DNA of 64,000 nucleotides from Chlamydiia bacterium (GTDB lineage Bacteria; Chlamydiota; Chlamydiia; Chlamydiales; 2-12-FULL-49-11): NCBI GenBank assembly GCA_022601595.1, contig JAJACI010000004.1, positions 1,345 to 65,344 of the forward strand, read 5' to 3'. Shown piece by piece: positions 62,375 to 64,000 of this stretch (position 1 is its first letter; each line of letters starts with the position of its first letter). The notes under the pieces were generated by a model. It saw only the letters and a program-made list of their open reading frames with translations, ran no database searches and was not told where the DNA came from. The position numbers and the translations under genes were made by a program.

Positions 62375-63345
62375 CGCGATCCCTGCATATATTTTCTCAA
62401 TGTTAAAAAATAGAATATTGCTGCAGAAAGTAAAGCTAGTAAGGAGAGAAATGCTGAGTAAAGAGTAAACAGAAGGGTGCCTATTGCAAAAGAGATAAAT
62501 ACAGCAAGAGTTAGTAAAGTGATTATAATCGGGTAGATACGGAAAGAGAGCGTGATTCCTAAAAGAGTAAAGGTTACCGGGTATAAAAGATAAAATAAGG
62601 TAGATACCGTCTCTTCCCAGCTGCGGCAAATAGCGTCTATACTAAAGGTAGTATTTGGAAAGGCGTTAAAAAGTGTAGCTTTAGTAACATAGGCCTCTTC
62701 ATCTTCAGATAGAATGATCGTGTCAAAACCTTCTTTTTCTTTGATCGCTCGGAAATAATGAGGGCGTAGAAAGTGAAGACCTTTACCATCTTCTACAACC
62801 TTATCACATAAGGTCCAGCTAAAGTCTTTATCCGTATTTATGTATAAGAAATCAGTGTTATCCTTTTTGTTTATATCTATATAGAGACTATCTTTATGAG
62901 TTACTTTCATAAGGGTGGATATAAGATTTTTATTCTGTTTTTTTTTGTGAAGAATACTTTGCAGCCCTGAATTAATAAGAGGGGATAGGGCAAAATGGAT
63001 ATATCCTGATCCACAAGACAAAAAAATGGATAGAATAATTAGTGGGGAAAAGAGCTTTTTAGGAGAGAGACCTAAAGAGGAAAAGGCCGTGATTTCATTG
63101 TGCCTTTTTACATTGCTACAAACAAGATATGCCGAGATGAGGCTTGTAATGGCAATGGCAAAAGGAACAGCCTTATAGATAAATATAGAGATCAAAAGGA
63201 GTAATTCCTTGATTTCCATCCCATAGGTAAAATACTTGGTAAATCTTGATAGTTTAAAAAAAATGATGATAAATATAAAAAACAAAGTGAATATAAATAT
63301 GTTCAACAAGTAGTTTTTAGAGGTTATTTTCCAGTAGATAGGCAT
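62371..63345 (-). CDS. LptF/LptG (YjgP/YjgQ) family permease
   Basis: 324 aa with the same topology pattern as its neighbour. The paired arrangement is typical of lptF-lptG. Confidence 0.75.
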   Translation of the reverse strand: MPIYWKITSKNYLLNIFIFTLFFIFIIIFFKLSRFTKYFTYGMEIKELLLLISIFIYKAVPFAIAITSLISAYLVCSNVKRHNEITAFSSLGLSPKKLFSPLIILSIFLSCGSGYIHFALSPLINSGLQSILHKKKQNKNLISTLMKVTHKDSLYIDINKKDNTDFLYINTDKDFSWTLCDKVVEDGKGLHFLRPHYFRAIKEKEGFDTIILSEDEEAYVTKATLFNAFPNTTFSIDAICRSWEETVSTLFYLLYPVTFTLLGITLSFRIYPIIITLLTLAVFISFAIGTLLFTLYSAFLSLLALLSAAIFYFLTLRKYMQGSR

Positions 63346-63389
63346 GTTTTTTTAAGATCTTTTTGCTATTTTATGGTATCATATCCCAT

Positions 63390-64000
63390 ATGATACAAAA
63401 TGCAAAGAAAAGGCTTATCCCTTTACAAGGAAAAATATTATTAGGACTCTCTGGCGGTCCTGATTCTATGTGTTTATGCGCGCTTTTAATGGAACTTGGG
63501 AAAGAATTTCATATTGCACATATTGATCATGGCCTTCAATCATCGAGCACTTCGGAAAGAGAAAGGCTAGCCCTTTTTGCCAAAGAAAATGATATCGATT
63601 TTCACACTATTATTTTAGAGGGGAAAAAGTTCCCTAAAAAAAACTTAGAGGATGTTCTAAGGAATAAAAGGCGAGAATTTTTTAAAAAAGTGATGGAAAG
63701 GGAGGGGTTGGATCTTCTGCTTCTTGGTCATCAAAAAGATGAGCGGGCAGAGACTATTGTAAAGCGCTTTTTTGAAGGGGGAAGCATCTTAAATCTTCCC
63801 GGTATAAAGCTTTTTTCTACCTATGATGGCGTGCAAACCTTCCGCCCTCTGCTCTGTACGACAAAAAAAGCGGTGATAGAGTATTTGGATAAAAGGAATA
63901 TAGAATACTTTGTAGACCCTACCAATTTTGGTACAGAAAATCTGCGCGCTAAGATGAGAGGCTCTTTGTTGCCTGTTTTAGAAAAGGAATTTGGAAAGAA
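63390..64000 (+). CDS. tilS: tRNA(Ile)-lysidine synthetase, partial (runs off window end)
   Basis: Hand-translated from ATG 63390 as MIQNAKKRLIPLQGKILLGLSGGPDSMCLCALL...HIDHGLQ...LLLGHQKDERAET...FRPLL. PP-loop SGGPDS and TilS blocks are present. It is open to position 64000. Confidence 0.8.
   Translation, partial: MIQNAKKRLIPLQGKILLGLSGGPDSMCLCALLMELGKEFHIAHIDHGLQSSSTSERERLALFAKENDIDFHTIILEGKKFPKKNLEDVLRNKRREFFKKVMEREGLDLLLLGHQKDERAETIVKRFFEGGSILNLPGIKLFSTYDGVQTFRPLLCTTKKAVIEYLDKRNIEYFVDPTNFGTENLRAKMRGSLLPVLEKEFGK

Noticed and set aside
62375-62629. Upstream 85-codon extension of the lptF/G-like ORF (track start 62629)
   Set aside because: The extension overlaps the 3' end of the upstream paralog in another frame. 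The Met at 62374 gives an ATGA stop/start overlap and an N-terminus matching the family pattern.
1-64000. Autonomous IS element, prophage or integrase accounting for the repeats
   Set aside because: No ORF in the window shows transposase (DDE), integrase or phage structural motifs that I can recognise. F1 and F2 therefore appear non-autonomous here.

Overview
This is a 64 kb AT-rich bacterial chromosomal segment. Judged by eye, I count about 55 credible protein genes, 6 tRNA genes, no rRNA and no CRISPR array. All product calls come from motifs I recognise in the supplied translations; no search was run.

Housekeeping genes:
- Well supported: surE, ttcA-like, rlmD-like, dus, tgt plus a yhhQ-like transporter, grxD-bolA, mdh, hflX, glgB, ligA, rpsI-rplM, miaB, an M32 carboxypeptidase, an lptF/lptG pair and tilS (partial).
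- They sit among many transporters (MFS, MATE, LysE, EamA, MarC) and lineage-specific hypothetical genes.
- Gene content and style (SEC-C motif proteins, queuine salvage pair, eukaryote-like motifs, dense small repeats) fit an amoeba-associated intracellular bacterium such as an environmental member of the Chlamydiae. This is inference only.

Main non-ordinary content:
1. A tandem array of four large paralogous genes at 39684-48270. Each carries an IQ-type motif, a Glu/Lys then Lys/Ala-rich tract and an unrecognised C-terminal domain of about 400 aa. Each gene has its own conserved promoter-like block, and the family shows modular shuffling and in-frame 21 bp repeat variation.
2. Two families of roughly 160 bp non-autonomous elements with terminal inverted repeats (called F1 and F2 here), at very high density. 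F1 sits against stop codons and shows compensatory changes in its hairpin. There is one nested insertion and one head-to-tail array, and several copies supply gene 3' ends.
3. A second paralog pair with an LRR-like C-terminus at 3900-6879.
4. A 22 bp tandem duplication that splits an FAD-binding gene.
5. Two unusual domain fusions: GH1 beta-glucosidase with glutaredoxin, and NDH-2 with a cyclic-nucleotide-binding domain.
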